NCBI GenBank assembly: GCA_963801815.1
Contig: CAWDGJ010000002.1
Coordinates: forward strand, 800,001 to 864,000
Direction of reading: 5' to 3'
DNA length: 64,000 bases
DNA from: an uncultured Verrucomicrobiae bacterium
GTDB lineage: Bacteria; Verrucomicrobiota; Verrucomicrobiia; Chthoniobacterales; UBA10450
In this document: piece by piece, positions 59,933-64,000 of the stretch
Layout of the letters: each line of letters begins with the position of its first letter
Position numbering within the stretch: the stretch's first letter is position 1
Notes under the pieces: model-generated
Told to the model about the DNA's origin: nothing
Seen by the model: the letters and a program-made list of their open reading frames with translations, nothing else
Databases searched by the model: none
Translations under genes and position numbers: made by a program

Positions 59933-62362
59933 TCAGTCTTCGATAGCGGCTGCTACCTCTTCTGCGTCTTCCTCAGATTTCTTATCAACCGCGCTCAAGT
60001 TTGATGGCTTGGTGTCGATTGTGACTTTGATAATCTTGCCAGTGAACTGATTCTCTCCCGGCTTGTAGTCGTTGGAAACCATTGTTTCGTTATCCACGCC
60101 TACATCGACGCCTTCATCGGCTGAAAACGCGTACGGTTGCGTCTTGGGAATTCGCCCGGTCGCCACTTGCTGGCCATCAACGTAGAGCGAGCACTTGCCA
60201 CCCGAGCCAGGTTTTGGCGCATCGACTATGAATTCATACTTGATCTCGTGTTTGCCTGCTGGCAAGGCATCCGGCCCGGCAATGTTGGTTCTCTCCACTC
60301 CGAAGTAATTGTACTCGTGATGTATTTTTCCCTCTCTCATATAGAGCACCCACCCTCCGAACGCGCCAGCCTGGGCGATGATCACGCCGTTGGTGTTGGC
60401 GTCCTTGATTTCGACAGGTGCGGTGACCGTGTAGGAGCAATTCTTCACATTGATGAACGCGTTTTCGGTAATGCCGACCATGCCCGGGTAAACTGTTAAC
60501 GACGTGCGATCGCCTATCAGGTCGGGTCTCCCGGCAATGGCCGCATTAAAGCGCTCTGATCTGCGGTCATCGATAGGCAGCACATGATTCTTGATTGCCT
60601 CCTTCGTGAAGAGGTTCTGAAGCTCTTTCAACTTCGACGGATTCTTCGATGCCAAATCAATCGCTTCGCTAAAATCGTCGGCTACATGGTAGAGTTCCCA
60701 AGTGTCCTTGGAAAGCGGCGGAAGCGGCACCATGAGCCAGGGTATAGAGTGGCGCGTGCATGCTACCCAGCCATCATGATAGATCCCGCGGTTTCCAAAC
60801 ATCTCGAAATACTGAGTAGTGTGCGTTTCCTTGGCGTTGGGATTGTCGAAGGCATAAACCATCGATGTTCCATCGAAAGGTCTTTGCACCGTCCCGTTCA
60901 CGCTTTTCGGAAAAGGCAAACCTGCGGCTTCCAAGACAGTAGGTGCAATGTCCGTCACGTGAGTAAACTGGGAGCGGACTTCTCCTTTTGCTTTAATGCG
61001 CGCCGGCCAATGGATCACAACACCATTCGTAGTTCCACCATAATGCGACGCGATTTGCTTGGTCCACTGAAACGGAGTGTCGCCCGCCCAGGCCCATCCT
61101 ATGGCATAGTGTGGGAACGTGCTTGGTCCGCCCCACTCATCCAGATGCGGCATATTGATCTCAGCGGTGTTGATGATCCCGTTCAGCGCCATCATTTCGT
61201 TGTAAGCGCCCTCTGGTCCGCCTTCCGCGCTAGCACCGTTATCGCCGACGATGTAGATGAACAATGTGTTGTCCATTACTCCCATCTCGCTCAGCGCATT
61301 CGCCAGTCGACCCACCTGTTCATCGGTGTGCTCGGCAAAACCGGCGAACGTCTCCATTTGTCGCGCCTCAAGTTTTTTCTGATTCGGTGTCTGAGAATCC
61401 CAGGATGGAATTTCTTTTGGACGCTTCGTTAGCTCCGCGTTCGCCGGAATGACGCCAATTTGTTTCTGGCGAGAAAAGGTTTCTTCGCGCAGCGCGTCCC
61501 AACCCTGATCAAACTTGCCCGTATAGCGCTCAATATATTCCTTGGGAACATGATGCGGAGCATGCAAAGCGCCGGTAGCAAAGTAGACAAAGAAAGGCTT
61601 GTCCGGAGTTAACGAGTGTTGCGCCTGCATCCAGGCGATCGCCTGGTTAGTCATGTCGACGGTAAAGTGGTAATCAGGATCATGCGCCGGCTCAACCCGG
61701 ATGGTTCCATCGAAGATGGCAGGCGCCCACTGATTGGTCTCACCGCCGATGAAGCCATAGAACTTGTCGAAACCAGAATGCGTCGGCCAGCGGTCAAGCG
61801 GTCCGGAAACCGAGACCTCCCACGGCGGCGTTTCGTGATACTTGCCGAAAGCGGCGGTGCTATAGCCATTCAGACGCAGCATCTCTGCGAGCGGTGCGAC
61901 GCTCTGTGGGCGGATGCCGCTATTGCCGGGAAATCCGGTGGCGAGCTCCATGATCGCGCCCGCATTGTTAACGTGATGATTGCGCCCCGTTAGCAGCGCC
62001 GTGCGAGTGGGAGAACAAAGCGCAGTGGTGTGGAAATTGTTTAGGCGCAACCCGGCCTCAGCGAGTTTGTCCAGGGTCGGCATCTTGCACGGCCCGCCAA
62101 AGGCGCTTGATTGTCCAAAGCCGATGTCGTCGAGCAAAACAACGACGACATTGGGCGCTCCGTTCGGTGATTTGATCTCAAACCGCGGTGGCGCCTTGGC
62201 GTTGCGAGCATCCAATTCCGTGATTGTTGGGTACTGCGGTTCGCGGATCGGCAGCACCGTCCGATCAAGTGTTGCGGGCGCCTGATCCGCCTGGTCCCAT
62301 GCGAATGAAGCGGCGGCAATCAACCCGAGTGTAAGAAAGGCGAGCTTAGTTTTGATTTTCAT
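59933..62362 (-). CDS. Arylsulfatase, Cys-type (copy 3, more divergent)
   Basis: VLLDDIG, CSPTRTALLTGR, FGKYH, GDNG. Confidence 0.93.
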   Translation of the reverse strand: MKIKTKLAFLTLGLIAAASFAWDQADQAPATLDRTVLPIREPQYPTITELDARNAKAPPRFEIKSPNGAPNVVVVLLDDIGFGQSSAFGGPCKMPTLDKLAEAGLRLNNFHTTALCSPTRTALLTGRNHHVNNAGAIMELATGFPGNSGIRPQSVAPLAEMLRLNGYSTAAFGKYHETPPWEVSVSGPLDRWPTHSGFDKFYGFIGGETNQWAPAIFDGTIRVEPAHDPDYHFTVDMTNQAIAWMQAQHSLTPDKPFFVYFATGALHAPHHVPKEYIERYTGKFDQGWDALREETFSRQKQIGVIPANAELTKRPKEIPSWDSQTPNQKKLEARQMETFAGFAEHTDEQVGRLANALSEMGVMDNTLFIYIVGDNGASAEGGPEGAYNEMMALNGIINTAEINMPHLDEWGGPSTFPHYAIGWAWAGDTPFQWTKQIASHYGGTTNGVVIHWPARIKAKGEVRSQFTHVTDIAPTVLEAAGLPFPKSVNGTVQRPFDGTSMVYAFDNPNAKETHTTQYFEMFGNRGIYHDGWVACTRHSIPWLMVPLPPLSKDTWELYHVADDFSEAIDLASKNPSKLKELQNLFTKEAIKNHVLPIDDRRSERFNAAIAGRPDLIGDRTSLTVYPGMVGITENAFINVKNCSYTVTAPVEIKDANTNGVIIAQAGAFGGWVLYMREGKIHHEYNYFGVERTNIAGPDALPAGKHEIKYEFIVDAPKPGSGGKCSLYVDGQQVATGRIPKTQPYAFSADEGVDVGVDNETMVSNDYKPGENQFTGKIIKVTIDTKPSNLSAVDKKSEEDAEEVAAAIED

Positions 62363-62383
62363 GGTTGTGGTTTTCAGAATTTG

Positions 62384-62448
62384 AACAGGAGATAACGGAG
62401 GAACGGAGTTTCAAATTTCTGTCTCTGTTTTCTCTGTTTGCTCCTGTT
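62384..62448. repeat. REP-like hairpin (AACAGGAG...CTCCTGTT family)
   Basis: aacaggagataacggaggaacggag / ctctgttttctctgtttgctcctgtt. Confidence 0.7.
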
Positions 62449-62460
62449 GAAATGGGTTCT

Positions 62461-63198
62461 TTATTTCAGATCGAACTCTTTGAGTTCCTTCGCCGCCGTG
62501 CCGTAGTCGCCCAGTTGATAAACCGCCGCGCCTGCCGGCGAAAAGGTGAACGGCTCAAACGGTTCGGCCAGCATCTTGTCCAGGTATTCCCGCGTGGCGA
62601 CGCCGGTGGAGACGTGCGGCTCGAAATGCGCGCCCGCGTGTTCTGTGGCGAACACTTCGACATAGGGAATCAACTCCGGGTGGATGTCGGGGTGTTCAGG
62701 CGTGGTGAAGAACGCGGCGGTCGTGCCGGTTTTCACCGTGAGCGGTTTCACCGCGGCGATCAAGTCCGCCTGGAGCTTGAGTAATTCAGGCGTCGGTTTC
62801 ACGACAATGCCCGAAAGCCCGATGCTTCCACTCGGAAGGTAATAGTATTTGAAGGCTTCCAGCTTCAAGGCGGTGATGTTGCCAGCGGCCAGTACCTTGT
62901 GGGCGGCGGCAAAAACTTGGTCGAGATTCGCCGTGGGCACGAAGCATTGATACATGGAGATATGCGGACGATGCGCGGCGTCCAGCGAGAAGCCCTTCGG
63001 AAAGACTTTGAGCAGACGGTCGTTGGTGGCGGTCGCGTGCTGGATCATCGTGGCGTCCGGTTCCAGTAGGATGTCGATGGCCGTGACCGAGTCTTGATCC
63101 GCAGAGGGTGACGCGGTTTGCGCGTGAATGTTTCTCGCCAGCATAGCGAGGGCACACGCCATCGCTCCTTTGATTAGAAGATTAGTTAGGCTTTTCAT
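62461..63198 (-). CDS. Secreted 2H phosphoesterase (2'-5' RNA ligase superfamily)
   Basis: Signal peptide; two Hx(S/T) motifs, PHISM and PHVST. Confidence 0.7.
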   Translation of the reverse strand: MKSLTNLLIKGAMACALAMLARNIHAQTASPSADQDSVTAIDILLEPDATMIQHATATNDRLLKVFPKGFSLDAAHRPHISMYQCFVPTANLDQVFAAAHKVLAAGNITALKLEAFKYYYLPSGSIGLSGIVVKPTPELLKLQADLIAAVKPLTVKTGTTAAFFTTPEHPDIHPELIPYVEVFATEHAGAHFEPHVSTGVATREYLDKMLAEPFEPFTFSPAGAAVYQLGDYGTAAKELKEFDLK

Positions 63199-63225
63199 AG
63201 TTGGGTTCCTTCGATCGATTTTTTT

Positions 63226-63324
63226 ACAGGAGATAACAGAGGGAACGGAGTTACTTGGAAATTTATCTTTGAACAGGAGCTAAAAGATTTCCGCTCCGTC
63301 TCTGTTATCTCTGTTTCCTCCTGT
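63226..63324. repeat. REP-like hairpin, second copy
   Basis: acaggagataacagagggaacggag ... ctccgtctctgttatctctgtttcctcctgt. Confidence 0.7.
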
Positions 63325-63337
63325 TAGATTCTGCGGC

Positions 63338-64000
63338 TTATTTCTCGAAAGCGAACACCTTCTTCCAATCGTCCTTCATGCTGACGACGGTCCAGCCATC
63401 CTTCTCCGCTTGTTCGTATAGCGCCGGCGTGAAGGCGCCCAGTTTGGTATCCGGCAATCCTTTTGCCGGACCGTAGGCGTATTCGCGCGCCGCATCATCG
63501 TGCAGCACCAGCAACAAGAACCGCGCGCCGTTGCCGCCCTGCGCGTATTCGAGCATTTGCTGATCGCCTGTCGAGTTACCGAACGCCGCAATGGGCCGGC
63601 GGCCGATGTGCTGATTGATGCCAACGGGCTTGCCGCCTTTGTCGTCGTTGAAGTTCAACGCCGGCAAACGCACGAGCACGGGTTGGCCGTCGCGCATCTC
63701 AAACTGCGTCTTCACACTGCTGCCGATTACTTGTTCCGGCGGAATGCCATAAGTCTTCTCCGCCCATGGGCGCATGAACTCGATGCCGCCGCCCGAGACA
63801 ATGAATGTCTTGAAACCGTTCGCGCGCAGGTAGGCGAGCAGTTCGACCATCGGCTGATAAACGCACGCGATGTAGGGCTGTTTGAATTTCGGATGCCGCG
63901 CAGTCGCGAGCCAGTCCTTAACGATCTGTTCGAAGTCCGTCGTGGTCATGCCCGCGTGCGTGGCCATGAAGAGTTCGAGGACCGCGTGTTCCCCGCCGGC
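63338..64000 (-). CDS. HAD-superfamily hydrolase (nonspecific acid phosphatase-like), partial
   Basis: YQPM.ELL.YLRANGF, IVSGGG, GKP, AFGNSTGD; frame open to the window end. Confidence 0.88.
   Translation of the reverse strand, partial: AGGEHAVLELFMATHAGMTTTDFEQIVKDWLATARHPKFKQPYIACVYQPMVELLAYLRANGFKTFIVSGGGIEFMRPWAEKTYGIPPEQVIGSSVKTQFEMRDGQPVLVRLPALNFNDDKGGKPVGINQHIGRRPIAAFGNSTGDQQMLEYAQGGNGARFLLLVLHDDAAREYAYGPAKGLPDTKLGAFTPALYEQAEKDGWTVVSMKDDWKKVFAFEK

Overview
GC-rich bacterial window. The gene families and REP-like repeats suggest soil Verrucomicrobiota (Chthoniobacterales / 'Ca. Udaeobacter'-like); this is an inference. It has three parts. (1) 1-20 kb holds housekeeping and envelope genes (epimerase, MgtE, GT2, Mo-oxidoreductase, Fpg/Nei, trxB, GT4, GNAT, two GT-C-like membrane proteins). 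It also holds a compact 3-gene NRPS cluster: a stand-alone A-T (Leu-like code), a cytochrome P450, and a C-A(Val-like)-T-T*-TE-PPTase protein with a Cys-nucleophile thioesterase and an in-frame Sfp-type PPTase. (2) 20.1-23.5 kb is an integrase-less 3.3-kb islet between a duplicated 5' half of tRNA-Thr(TGT) and the intact tRNA. (3) 23.7-64 kb is an accessory region of envelope, ion-transport and secreted genes (CAX, K+ channel, pentameric ligand-gated channel, 2x DUF3300-DUF2950, OM barrels, MASE1-PAS kinase plus receiver, 3 arylsulfatases, cardiolipin synthase). About 16 upstream regions in this part carry the same 18-bp palindrome, ATNRGAC-N4-GTCYNAT, which points to an undescribed FixJ/NarL-type regulon. 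Several genes have single-base frameshifts that are probably long-read errors. All calls come from reading by eye; no searches were run.
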